A stretch of 64,000 nt of DNA from Rhodospirillales bacterium (lineage in GTDB: Bacteria; Pseudomonadota; Alphaproteobacteria; Rhodospirillales; UBA2165), in the NCBI GenBank assembly GCA_965207535.1, contig CBDBMR010000005.1, forward strand, positions 95,905-159,904. The letters are read 5' to 3'. Shown here one piece after another: positions 26,254 through 35,529 of this stretch (within the stretch, counting starts at the first letter, position 1; every line of letters begins with the position of its first letter). A model generated the notes under the pieces. It saw nothing but the letters and a program-made list of their open reading frames with translations. It was not told the DNA's origin and made no database searches. The translations under genes were made by a program, and so were the position numbers.

Positions 26254-27501
26254 TCAGTTGCGGTCCATCAGGCGCCCGAGCTCGGCCACGCAGGCATCGG
26301 CGAATTCCGGGTCGTTGATATGAACGTCCATCTCCTTGAGTTCTCCGGCACTCAATTCGCCGCGGAGCGCGTCCGTGAAGTGCCGATCGGTTTCGGGCTG
26401 GAACCAGGAGCCGATCTCGTTGCCGTCCAAATCGTGGGTCTTGCGGATGGTGTGCTGGCTGAATCCCCGGCTCGGCACCAGAACCACGAACGGTGCCCTC
26501 GACCGGTTCAGGCGCTCGGCGAACATCGTACCCAGCGCCGTCATTTCCTCGGCGTTGGTCCGCATCAAGAGGATTTCCGGATTGTATTGATAGAACTCCC
26601 GGTCCCTGAACCGCTCGGGACACTCGCCGACCCACCAGTTGGTGTGATCGATGGCGCCGGGCGCAACGACCTGCGGCAGGCCGGCCTCCGCCGCGCCCGT
26701 CAGGCGGTCCGGTCCGGCGCTGTAGACCCCGCCGGTCAGCAGGTCGGTCACCTCCGAAGTCGTCAAATCGATCACCCCCGCGAGTTCGCGGCGGGACGCC
26801 AAATTCTCCAGCGCCTTGCCGCCGGGCCCCGAGGCATGAAAGTGCATGACCTCGTATCCCGCGGCCTGCAATTGATCGGTTATACGGTCGACGGCGACCT
26901 GCAGATTGCCGAAGGACGAAACGCCGATCAGCGGCGGGGCCTCCTCGGTCCGGACCCGCTGGTCTTCCCACGATCGCGCCATGGCGGCGACGGCATGCGC
27001 CGCATTTTCCATGATCGAGCAGGTAATCCGGTTCATCACGATATCGCTGATGGTCGGGAACATGGCGATATCGCTCTCGGCCACGTACCACTGCACGGCG
27101 GCCGTAGCCGCGACCGGGGTCACCATCACCTTGGGGAACATGGGCGGCAGTCGGCGCATCATCCCGCAAAAGACTGTACACCCATTGGCCCCGCCGACCC
27201 CGATGGCGCCGGAGATTTCCCCCGCCGCCTGGGCGTTGACCAGCGCCTGGGCGCCGCCGGCAATCATCGCCTCGGCGGCGGCGGAGCGTTCCAGCCCGCC
27301 CAATGCCTCCCAGGTCCGTCCGGCGATCGCAGCGACCTCGCCACCGGTCATCGCCGCCCCCGGCTTGTCGTGGGGCCGGAGGGACAAGTCCAGCAGCCAA
27401 GGCTCGGCACCCGCATCCCGAAGACCGTCGCAAACGTGCCCGGCCGCCTCGGATTTGCTGTCGAGGGTCGCCAGAACGGCAATTCGGACGGGATCGGCCA
27501 T
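26254..27501 (-). CDS. UPF0261 family protein (Tm-1-like N-terminal ATP-binding domain)
   Basis: RIAVLATLDSKSEAAGHVCDGLRDAGAEPWLLD...GIGGANGCT...PKVMVTP. There is a 1-nt gap to the downstream flavoprotein gene. Confidence 0.75.
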   Translation of the reverse strand: MADPVRIAVLATLDSKSEAAGHVCDGLRDAGAEPWLLDLSLRPHDKPGAAMTGGEVAAIAGRTWEALGGLERSAAAEAMIAGGAQALVNAQAAGEISGAIGVGGANGCTVFCGMMRRLPPMFPKVMVTPVAATAAVQWYVAESDIAMFPTISDIVMNRITCSIMENAAHAVAAMARSWEDQRVRTEEAPPLIGVSSFGNLQVAVDRITDQLQAAGYEVMHFHASGPGGKALENLASRRELAGVIDLTTSEVTDLLTGGVYSAGPDRLTGAAEAGLPQVVAPGAIDHTNWWVGECPERFRDREFYQYNPEILLMRTNAEEMTALGTMFAERLNRSRAPFVVLVPSRGFSQHTIRKTHDLDGNEIGSWFQPETDRHFTDALRGELSAGELKEMDVHINDPEFADACVAELGRLMDRN

Positions 27502-27504
27502 GGG

Positions 27505-28344
27505 CTATGCCGGCTTGGTGATTTCTTTGAACCTGGCGGTGACGGCCGGGACCGAATCCTCGATGGGAAACCGCTCGGCGGATGAGCCGCCCACATAGCC
27601 GTCCAGCCGCGGCTCCTTGGCCCAGAACGCGGCGAAGTCCTCCGGGGTCTCGATGGAGCCGCCGTGGCAGGTGACGATCCGGTCGGCGTATTTGGATGCC
27701 AGCGCATCGCAGACGCCGGCGGCGCGCACAACCGCGTCGTCCTCGGCCATCACGGTTTGCGAGCCGATGGTGCCGCCCGACGAGTTGCCGAAATGGACAA
27801 TGATGTTGTCCACGCCCGCCTCGGCCATGGCGAGGGATTCATCGACGCTGGTGCAGAACGCCTTGGTGTAGATGCCTTGGCTCGATGCATAGCCCAGTAC
27901 GTCCACTTCCCTATCGTAACCCATGCCGGTCTCTTCCAGGTCGCCGCGGAACTTGCCGTCGATCAGGGCCACCGTCGGGCAAGCCATGATGCCGTCGAAC
28001 CCGGCAGCCGCGGCGTGATCAACGAAGCGGTGCATGTCGCGGGTCGGATCGACGCACAGCAGCCCGGCCATCACCGGGCAGCGGTCAACCACGTTGATCA
28101 TGGACCGTTCGCCGATTTCGAGGGTGAGTTCGTTGGCGTCGCAGATGGGCAGATACCCGGCCATGGACGAGAGGCCCTGCATCCGGAAATAGGCGAGGTC
28201 ATGGGTGGTGACCATGTCGGCGCCGCCGCGGGCCGCCATTTTTGCGGTGATGCCAGTGCCGCAGAGCGCATCGTAGATGGCGCGGCCCGCCTCCCGCTCG
28301 GCCTGGAACCGCGCGCGAATGGTGTCTCGATCAAATCCGCTCAA
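27505..28344 (-). CDS. Phosphoenolpyruvate hydrolase-like TIM-barrel protein (Tm-1 C-terminal domain family)
   Basis: FRMQGLSSMAGYLPICDAN...PTVALIDGKFRGDLEETGMGYDREV...VHFGNSSGGTIG...CHGGSIETPED...GGSSAERFP. Confidence 0.75.
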   Translation of the reverse strand: MSGFDRDTIRARFQAEREAGRAIYDALCGTGITAKMAARGGADMVTTHDLAYFRMQGLSSMAGYLPICDANELTLEIGERSMINVVDRCPVMAGLLCVDPTRDMHRFVDHAAAAGFDGIMACPTVALIDGKFRGDLEETGMGYDREVDVLGYASSQGIYTKAFCTSVDESLAMAEAGVDNIIVHFGNSSGGTIGSQTVMAEDDAVVRAAGVCDALASKYADRIVTCHGGSIETPEDFAAFWAKEPRLDGYVGGSSAERFPIEDSVPAVTARFKEITKPA

Positions 28345-28428
28345 GGACCCCTCCCTGGAATTTCGTCATTGTTCGCCCGAAGTTTAGAAGCTAAATCCCG
28401 GATGCACATCACTTTCGGACGCAAAGAC

Positions 28429-29196
28429 ATGAGTGGACGGCTGGAGAATAAGGTTGCAATCGTGACGGGCGCCGGCGGCGGCATCGGCGGCGCTATCGCC
28501 AGGTCGTATGCGGCCGAAGGCGCGGCAGTGGTCCTGGTCGATCTCAACGAGGCCGCGACCCGCGAGGTCAAGAACGCCATATTTGAAGCAGGCGGCAGGG
28601 CCGCGGCCCTGGTCGCCGATGTGTCCCTCGAGGAGACGGCGGTCCGCGCGGTCGAGACGGCCAGCCGCGAATTCGGCGGACTGACGACGGTCGTCGCCTC
28701 CGCCATCTACGACGCCCCCTACCAGCCGGCCCCGGAACTTTCCGTCGAGGAGTGGAAGAAAAGCATCGATGTAAACCAGACGGGCCCGTTCCTGCTCGTC
28801 AAGCACGCGGTGCCGGTCATGGCCGCCGGCGCCGATGAACATGGCGGCGGCAGCATCATCCTGGTGGCCTCGCAACTCGCCTTCGCGCCCAAACCCGGCC
28901 GTACCTGGTACGCCTCCCAGAAGGCCGCCATGGTCAGCCTCGCCAAGGCGCTTGCCGTCGATCACGCCAAGGACGGCATCCGCGCCAATGCGCTGTCCCC
29001 GGGGCCGACCGCCGATGAGCGATTCTTCAGCCAGTGGCCGAGCGAGGAAGAGGCGCACGCCAACGCCAACACGCTGATGGGCCGGCTGGGCGAGCCCGAG
29101 GAAATTGCCGCCGGGGCGGTGTTTCTGGCGAGCGACGAGGCCAGTTTCGTCACCGGTATCGATCTTCTGGTCGACGGCGGCTACACCGCCATCTGA
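28429..29196 (+). CDS. SDR family oxidoreductase
   Basis: LENKVAIVTGAGGGIGGAIA...YASQKAA...PGPT motifs. An alternative in-frame ATG exists at 28402. Confidence 0.85.
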   Translation: MSGRLENKVAIVTGAGGGIGGAIARSYAAEGAAVVLVDLNEAATREVKNAIFEAGGRAAALVADVSLEETAVRAVETASREFGGLTTVVASAIYDAPYQPAPELSVEEWKKSIDVNQTGPFLLVKHAVPVMAAGADEHGGGSIILVASQLAFAPKPGRTWYASQKAAMVSLAKALAVDHAKDGIRANALSPGPTADERFFSQWPSEEEAHANANTLMGRLGEPEEIAAGAVFLASDEASFVTGIDLLVDGGYTAI

Positions 29197-29246
29197 GACC
29201 CGTTCTCCGGGGTGCGGAACCGTTGATTCCGCAACCGGCTTCCACG

Positions 29247-29275
29247 TTGACTCCCCCTGACCCGTTCCCTAGATT
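29247..29275 (+). promoter_or_regulatory. Sigma70-like promoter candidate for the HMGL-like gene
   Basis: TTGACT (29247-29252), a 17-nt spacer, then TAGATT (29270-29275), about 95 nt upstream of the ATG at 29370. Confidence 0.4.
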
Positions 29276-29369
29276 CCCGCCGCGTTTCGCCCGGCGAGGA
29301 TGAATTCGAATTTTTTTGCCGATTGCCGTCTGGCCCGCGTAGCGGCGCGGGCGCCCGAGGAGAAGAATA

Positions 29370-30602
29370 ATGCCCGATACCCCATGGATTTCCGAAAATT
29401 GGTTTACCAGCCCCTGGAACTTCGCCGACGAAGTGACCAAGGACTGGAAGTTCCCCGAGCAGGTCCGCATTCACGACGTCACGCTCCGTGACGGCGAGCA
29501 GCAGGCCGGTCTCGCCTTCGATTACGACGACAAGATCCGTATCGCCGAGGGCCTTGCCGAGGCCGGCGTCCACCGGATCGAAGCCGGCATGCCGGTGGTC
29601 TCCCCCGATGACGCCCGCGTGGTCCGGGACCTCGCCAAGCGCGACTTCGGCCCCAAGATCTATTCCTTCGCCCGCTGCATGGTCGACGACGTCAAGCGCG
29701 CCGTCGATGCCGGCGTCGGCGGCGTGATCATGGAGGTCCCGTCCTCCCAGCACCTGATCGAAAAAGGCTACCGCTGGGAACTGGAGCGGGCCATCGACCT
29801 CTCCATCGAGAGCACCAAGTTCGCCCATGACCAGGGCCTGGAAGTGGTGTTCTTCCCGATCGACTTTACCCGTTCCGATCTGAACTGGGTGATGGACCTG
29901 ATCGAGAAGGTCGGCAACGAAGGCCACATGGACGGTCTCGCGCTGGTCGACACCATGGGCGTCACGTCCGTGCATGCCATGCCGTACTTCGTCCGCGAGG
30001 TGAAGAAGCGGTTCCCGGATGTGCCGCTCGAGGCCCACTTCCACATGGATTACGGTCTCGGCGTCGCCAACACCATCATGGCCGTCGCCGAGGGCGTCGA
30101 GGTCATCCAGTCCACGGTCCTGGGTCTCGGCGAGCGCGCCGGCAACGTGCCCATGGAAGAGACCGTGATGGCGCTCAAGACCCTCTACAACGTCGATTGC
30201 GGCATCAAGACCGAGAAGTTCAAGGAGCTGGCCGACATGGTCGCCGAGGTATCCGGCGCCATCGTGCCCCGTAACCGGCCGATCGTCGGCGACGATCTGT
30301 TCAAGATCGAGAGCGGCATCATCGCCACCTGGCTGTTGAATTGCGGCGTCGGCGAGGATCTCACCACCGTCGTTCCATTCCGCCCCTCGATGGTCGGCCA
30401 GGCCGACCCCATCGCCGTCATCGGCAAGGGCTGCGGCATCGACAACGTAAAGCACTATCTCGACAAGTTCCAGTTCCAGTACACCGAGGAATCCGCCATG
30501 GCGCTCCTCATGGACATCAAGAACTGGGGTCTGAAGCACAAGCGGCTGATGACCGACGACGAGTTCCGCGCCTTTGCGGAAGAGAACTTGAAGCAGGACT
30601 AG
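29370..30602 (+). CDS. HMGL-like / pyruvate carboxyltransferase-domain enzyme (isopropylmalate/homocitrate/citramalate synthase family)
   Basis: IHDVTLRDGEQQAGLAF...GVHRIEAG...LEAHFHMDYGLGVANT, the DRE-TIM metallolyase signature. Confidence 0.8.
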   Translation: MPDTPWISENWFTSPWNFADEVTKDWKFPEQVRIHDVTLRDGEQQAGLAFDYDDKIRIAEGLAEAGVHRIEAGMPVVSPDDARVVRDLAKRDFGPKIYSFARCMVDDVKRAVDAGVGGVIMEVPSSQHLIEKGYRWELERAIDLSIESTKFAHDQGLEVVFFPIDFTRSDLNWVMDLIEKVGNEGHMDGLALVDTMGVTSVHAMPYFVREVKKRFPDVPLEAHFHMDYGLGVANTIMAVAEGVEVIQSTVLGLGERAGNVPMEETVMALKTLYNVDCGIKTEKFKELADMVAEVSGAIVPRNRPIVGDDLFKIESGIIATWLLNCGVGEDLTTVVPFRPSMVGQADPIAVIGKGCGIDNVKHYLDKFQFQYTEESAMALLMDIKNWGLKHKRLMTDDEFRAFAEENLKQD

Positions 30603-30624
30603 TTTCTACTCCAAGTTCGCCAGG

Positions 30625-30658
30625 GAGCCCGGTCTCTTTCGAGAGGCCGGGCTTTTTT
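30625..30658 (+). terminator. Rho-independent terminator
   Basis: GCCCGGTCTC-TTTC-GAGA(GG)CCGGGC stem-loop followed by TTTTTT, about 25 nt after the stop. Confidence 0.7.
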
Positions 30659-30668
30659 CATCCGCGCC

Positions 30669-31529
30669 CTACTTCCGGGCGGCAACGAACAGCGCCAGGA
30701 CGACGATGGCGGCCCCCAGCAGCTGGAGCGGCGACAGGCTCTGATCCAGCAGGATGAACCCGGCGGTGATGGCGACCAGCGGCTCGATGTTGGAGAGGAT
30801 CGTCGTCAGCGGCGCGCCGATGGCCCCGATGGCGACGAAGAACATGATCATCGAGGCGGCATAGAACAGGTGGGTGAGCGAGAAACCGGTCCAGCCGACA
30901 CCCGTTTCCGGCAGCTTGAAGCCGCCGGCGATCGACACGATCACCACGAACGTGATCAACGCGCCCGCCGACATGTAGAGGGTCGCCTGCATGGGGTGCG
31001 ACGTGACCATCACCCTGCCGCTGACCGCCGAGACGGTGCCGAGGCCCAGCCCGGCGACGGCGGCGAGGACAATCCCCATCACTTCGTATTCATCGATCTT
31101 CACGCCGAGAGCCAGCGCCAAACCGCCGAAGGCGACGACCGCGCCGATCACCGTGGTCATACGCAAGGGCGCCAGGCGCAGGGCCGCCGCCTCGAAGCTG
31201 GTGACCAGCGGGAAGATATAGAAAACCAGGATGGCGATCCCGACGGGCAGTTTGTCGAGGGCGCTCAAGAGGGCGAGGGTATAGCCGGCGGTGACGATCC
31301 CTAAGATGAACGCGGCGGTTCCCACCCGCCTGGGCAGGAACAGGGGGATTTGCCGGGCCTTGAGGATCACCACCAAGATGATCAACGGCAGGATGAAACG
31401 GGTCGCCGAGGCCGTCATCGGATTGGTGCCGCCCTGATAGGCGAGACCGACGATGGAATTGGAGAGCGCGAAGCCGACCGCCGACACCAAGGCCAGCGTA
31501 ATTCCAAGTCCGCGCGCGCTTTGATCCAT
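30669..31529 (-). CDS. DMT superfamily (EamA-type) transporter
   Basis: 286-aa protein with about ten predicted helices, with the duplicated EamA pattern. Confidence 0.75.
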   Translation of the reverse strand: MDQSARGLGITLALVSAVGFALSNSIVGLAYQGGTNPMTASATRFILPLIILVVILKARQIPLFLPRRVGTAAFILGIVTAGYTLALLSALDKLPVGIAILVFYIFPLVTSFEAAALRLAPLRMTTVIGAVVAFGGLALALGVKIDEYEVMGIVLAAVAGLGLGTVSAVSGRVMVTSHPMQATLYMSAGALITFVVIVSIAGGFKLPETGVGWTGFSLTHLFYAASMIMFFVAIGAIGAPLTTILSNIEPLVAITAGFILLDQSLSPLQLLGAAIVVLALFVAARK

Positions 31530-31654
31530 TCAACGTCCCCCCGTGTCCGCCGATGGGACCAATCCCCACCGGTATTTGCAAGCGCCCTTGCCGTTCCCGC
31601 GCTCAAGGGGAACAATGACCGCGACAAACGGATATCCTTTTGGGAGACGTCTCA

Positions 31655-32638
31655 ATGGCGGTTAAGCATTTCCATCACGCGACGCTGCAGGTGCCGGACG
31701 TCGCGGCGCAATTTCAGTTCTACAAGGATTTCGGCCTGACCGGCCGCGCCCGCGGCAACAACGCGGTAATGCGCTGCAAGGACCGCAAACAGGACCAGGT
31801 GATCGTCACCGAGGGCCCGGCCATGGGCCTCCATGACCTCTCCTTCGGCGCGACCAAGGCCGCCATCCGGAAAATCCAGAAGCGAGCCGAGGAACGGGAC
31901 GACGTCTCGGTCATCGATCCGCCGAAGAACGCCGCCTACAAGGGGCTTTGGCTCCGCCACGAATTCGACGGCATGATCTACAATGTCAACGACGACCCGG
32001 CGGCCAAATCGCTCGGCGGCGTGAAGCCGGCCAGGAAACAGCCCGAATACAAGGTCAATACGCCGGGCCATTTCTACCGTGTGAACGAGAAGCTGGATCT
32101 CCCCATCGACACCAAACCGGTGCCCCGGCGTCTCGGCCATATGGTTCACTTCACCCCCGACGTGGACAAGAAGGTCGACTTCTATTCGGACGTGCTGGGC
32201 CTGCAGCTCACCGACCGCTCGGGCGACCTGATCGCCTTCATGCGCCCCGCCGGCGGCAGCGACCATCACGTGGTCGGCTTCGTGAAGGACAAGAAACCGG
32301 GCTTCCACCATATCTCCTTCGAGGTGGGGAACCCGGACGAGGTGGGCATGGGCGGCCAGAGTTTGCTCAATCGAGGCTACCGCAACGGCTGGGGCTTCGG
32401 CCGCCACGCCCTGGGGTCCAACTTCTTCTGGTATGTGCGCGATCCGCACATGGGCATGTGCGAGTACTTCTCGGACATCGACTACATCGCCGATGATGAC
32501 CAGTGGAAGCCCCGCGACTGGCCCATCGAGGTGGCGTTCTACCTGTGGGGCCCGCCGCCGCCCAAGGCCTTCGGCACCAATTACACGGGCAACAAAAAGG
32601 TGGTGAAGCCGGAGTCGATTTCCTATTCGCGGGTTTAG
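31655..32638 (+). CDS. VOC superfamily protein, two-domain extradiol dioxygenase-like (catechol 2,3-dioxygenase family)
   Basis: HFHHATLQVPD and LGHMVHFTPDVDKKVDFYSDVLGLQLTD...GFHHISFEV, i.e. two glyoxalase/VOC modules. GGGAGA lies 8 nt before the ATG at 31655. Confidence 0.7.
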   Translation: MAVKHFHHATLQVPDVAAQFQFYKDFGLTGRARGNNAVMRCKDRKQDQVIVTEGPAMGLHDLSFGATKAAIRKIQKRAEERDDVSVIDPPKNAAYKGLWLRHEFDGMIYNVNDDPAAKSLGGVKPARKQPEYKVNTPGHFYRVNEKLDLPIDTKPVPRRLGHMVHFTPDVDKKVDFYSDVLGLQLTDRSGDLIAFMRPAGGSDHHVVGFVKDKKPGFHHISFEVGNPDEVGMGGQSLLNRGYRNGWGFGRHALGSNFFWYVRDPHMGMCEYFSDIDYIADDDQWKPRDWPIEVAFYLWGPPPPKAFGTNYTGNKKVVKPESISYSRV

Positions 32639-32736
32639 GGGGCCGGAAAAGAGAGGCCGCAACGCCGAAACCGGCAGGGACAAGCCCCCTCGCCCAACTC
32701 CAGCCAGGTTCGTACTGAATTAAATTCCCGGGGACC

Positions 32737-34020
32737 CTACTGCACCCACCTGACGATGCCGGCGACGCCGTCGACGCCGACCTGCGAACCGTCGGGGATT
32801 TTTTCCGTGGCGTCCTGGACGCCCAGCACCATGGGAATGCCCCGCTCGCGCCCCAGCGACGCGAGGTGGGACGTGGACCCGCCCAGTTCCGCGACCACGC
32901 CGGCGACCCGGGGCAGCACGGAGGCGAGCGCCGGCCCCGCCACGTTGGTGATCAGAATATCGCCCGGGGCAATTCGGCCGATCTCGCATTCGCAGTTGAT
33001 CACCACCGCGCGGCCGGTCCCCCAGCCGACGCCGGAGGGCTGGCCCCGCAAACCGGGATGCTTCTGCCACATGGCGTCCGGCACGATTGCGTCTTCCATG
33101 TGAAGCGGACGCGCCTGCAGCATCTTGATGCCGCCCTTGTCCATGGCCCACTCGATTTCGGCGGGAACGCCCAGCATGTCTTCGGACTGCCGCAGATAGC
33201 CGGCGAGCTCGCCCACATGATCCTCATTCAGGCACTGCCGCGCCTGGTGCTCATGGTCGTTGTGGTGAGCTTGGGGCGCGTGATGGTGCCGGCAGGACAC
33301 GCTGTGCTTCTTGGCGCCCGTCGCGATGTCGATGATGCCGCCGTCCGCATCCAGGTCGTAGCGGTCGGGCACCACCTCGCCCTGGGCGATGCTCTCGCCG
33401 AGGCCCCAGGTGGCCGACACCATCATGCCGCCGGACGCCGTCTTCGAAAGCCCGCCGCCGGACGCCACCGCGTCCACCAGCGGCTGGACCAGCAGCGCCA
33501 TGGCCGTGGAGCCGGGATCGATGTCGTGGGACTGCATGTAGCGAAGCGCGCGCGGCGCCCAGAGCGCCGCCCAGCAGGCCTTCACCGCGGTGATGAAATC
33601 CTCTTCCGTCTCGAGACCCAGAAAACTCTCGAACTGACCGGCGAAGGTGGAGCCCTCCCGGTCCTCGACCAGGGCCGAGGAGCGGACGACCACCAGGGCG
33701 CCGGTGCGACCGACCATCCCGGCCCGCGCGTCCAGCAATTCTTCCCGGATCTCGGGATCGATGTCGTTGGTGTAGAGCCCGAGGCGCACCTGAGTGGCTA
33801 ATTTTCGGGCCTGGGTGTACCCGGCGCCGTAATAGGCAAGTGCGGCCTCTTCCACCCCGATGGCCTTCAATTGCGCCCGGTAGACGTCGGCGCCGATGCA
33901 GAACCCGTCCGGGATCGGCATCCCCTTCCGGCCGAGGGCGGCCTGATTGGCGGCCTTGGGCCCGAAGCGCCCGGGGTCGGCGGCTTCAGCCGAATTCAGT
34001 TGGACGACGTACCGGCTCAT
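32737..34020 (-). CDS. PEP synthase/PPDK-related protein: ATP-grasp (PPDK_N) domain plus phospho-His swivel domain, with no TIM-barrel PEP/pyruvate domain
   Basis: GPKAANQAALGRKGMPIPDGF...VVVRSSALVEDREGSTFAGQFESFL...EIEWAMD, and a C-terminal GGSTSHLASLGRERGIPMV (catalytic His motif). A His-rich Cys-flanked insert occurs at 33232-33294. Confidence 0.75.
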   Translation of the reverse strand: MSRYVVQLNSAEAADPGRFGPKAANQAALGRKGMPIPDGFCIGADVYRAQLKAIGVEEAALAYYGAGYTQARKLATQVRLGLYTNDIDPEIREELLDARAGMVGRTGALVVVRSSALVEDREGSTFAGQFESFLGLETEEDFITAVKACWAALWAPRALRYMQSHDIDPGSTAMALLVQPLVDAVASGGGLSKTASGGMMVSATWGLGESIAQGEVVPDRYDLDADGGIIDIATGAKKHSVSCRHHHAPQAHHNDHEHQARQCLNEDHVGELAGYLRQSEDMLGVPAEIEWAMDKGGIKMLQARPLHMEDAIVPDAMWQKHPGLRGQPSGVGWGTGRAVVINCECEIGRIAPGDILITNVAGPALASVLPRVAGVVAELGGSTSHLASLGRERGIPMVLGVQDATEKIPDGSQVGVDGVAGIVRWVQ

Positions 34021-34139
34021 GGTTCTTCCCTGCAATCCGTCAGACCCAAGAACCGGCGAACCTTCATCCGGGAAAGCCCGCCGGCCTCAACTCTTGTCGA
34101 CATCCGGGGCCCATAACCGGCCCCGGGCCGGGCGCGTCC

Positions 34140-35393
34140 TCAGACAACCTCGACCGGCATGATGCGGTCGATGGGGAAGTGGGTGATCAGCTCCGTGTGA
34201 TCGGCGTGGCAAATCACCATTTCCTCGATCCGGCAGCCCCACTCGTGGACCTTGCCGTGCTGGGTTTCCAGCGCGAAGACCATGCCTTCCTGGATCTCGA
34301 TGGGGTGATCGAGAGACCAGATGCGCGAGATCACCGGCGGATCGTACTGGGCGAGACCGAGACCATGGCCCCAGAGGTTGGCGGCCGCCTGGTCTTCTTC
34401 CTCGTAGCCCCAGACCTCCTTGGCCGACGGCCACTTCTCGGCGATTTCGCGGGTCGTGGTGCCCGGCTTCACCGCGTCGATGGAAGCCTGCAGCCACTCG
34501 AGCGCGCGGGCGTAGTATTCCTGCTGTTCCTTGGTCGGCTCCTGGCCCACCGAATAGGTCCGGTAGTAGCAGGACTTGTAGCCGTTCCAGGTCAGCGCCG
34601 CGAGATCCATGAAGACGATGTCGCCCGGCTGGATGATCCTATCGGAGAAGTTCCGCCAGTTCGGCCAGGTGTTCGGACCCGAGGACACGATGACGTCCTC
34701 GACGTCTTCCATGCCCGGGATGTTGTAGAGGAATTCCATGATGTGCGCGGTCACCTGGTTCTCGGTGATGCCGGGCTTCAGGAATTTCATGCACTCCCAG
34801 TGGGCGGCGTCGCCGATGGCGCCGACGATCCGCATGCACTCGTGCTCGTCTTCGTTCTTGACCGCGCGGGCTTCCATCATCGGGGTCATGCCGTCGGCCC
34901 ACACGATGTCGTTGTCGGCGAAGGCCTGGAGCATGTTGATGTCGATAAAGTCGACGCCCAGCTTCTCGCCCTCGACGCCGTGACGCTTCATCTCTTCCTT
35001 GGCGGCGTTGATGAACTTGGTCACCTGCTGGGTCGAGGCGGGACCGGCCGCGCCCTTGATCCAGGCGTAGGAGTAGCGAATGTTCTCCGGCGGGATCCAC
35101 GGGCTGTGACGCTCGATCTGAATACCGATGTCGCCCTGTTCGAACAGGATCGGCTGACCGTCGCCGCACAGCATGGCATAGCGAAGGCCGGGCTTCAGCC
35201 GGTTCCAGCCGGGCGTGAGCGTGCTGGTCACATACCGGACGTTCTCGTCATACATGAGCAGCATGGCGCCCAGACCATGGGCCTTCATGCGCTCACGGGC
35301 GCGTTCCAGGCGGTAATTCCGCAGGCGGTCCCAATTGATCCGCTGCTGCCAATCGACGCCGGTGATACCGAAATTTGCAAAACCTGAGGACAT
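34140..35393 (-). CDS. M24 family metallopeptidase-fold protein (creatinase/Xaa-Pro dipeptidase-like)
   Basis: Creatinase-N-like N-terminus and a pita-bread C-terminal domain (PGDIVFMDLAA...GHGLGL...VFALE...EEMV metal-ligand pattern). Confidence 0.75.
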   Translation of the reverse strand: MSSGFANFGITGVDWQQRINWDRLRNYRLERARERMKAHGLGAMLLMYDENVRYVTSTLTPGWNRLKPGLRYAMLCGDGQPILFEQGDIGIQIERHSPWIPPENIRYSYAWIKGAAGPASTQQVTKFINAAKEEMKRHGVEGEKLGVDFIDINMLQAFADNDIVWADGMTPMMEARAVKNEDEHECMRIVGAIGDAAHWECMKFLKPGITENQVTAHIMEFLYNIPGMEDVEDVIVSSGPNTWPNWRNFSDRIIQPGDIVFMDLAALTWNGYKSCYYRTYSVGQEPTKEQQEYYARALEWLQASIDAVKPGTTTREIAEKWPSAKEVWGYEEEDQAAANLWGHGLGLAQYDPPVISRIWSLDHPIEIQEGMVFALETQHGKVHEWGCRIEEMVICHADHTELITHFPIDRIMPVEVV

Positions 35394-35529
35394 TTAATGA
35401 GGACTCCCTAATCACTCCCAAGACATAAATGCATAAAGAATGGACGGGGGCGAATCAAACCCAATCTACTATAAGACCCCGCGCCATCGGGGGCGCGTAA
35501 GCCGCGGAAATTTAGGACATTCGGGTCCG

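Noticed and set aside
25882-27585. 567-aa plus-strand ORF, plus the 407-aa alternative-frame minus ORF at 26210..27433
   Set aside because: Both overlap the UPF0261 and flavoprotein genes. Only the called frames give family-like sequences, and the others are Arg/Pro/Gly-rich.
29181-30539. 452-aa minus-strand ORF
   Set aside because: It is antisense to the HMGL-like gene, which has the DRE-TIM signature. The product is repetitive and Asp/Gly/His/Leu-rich, with no family resemblance.
33840-35387. 515-aa plus-strand ORF
   Set aside because: It is antisense to the M24-fold gene and the 5' end of the PpsA-like gene. It has shadow-ORF composition.
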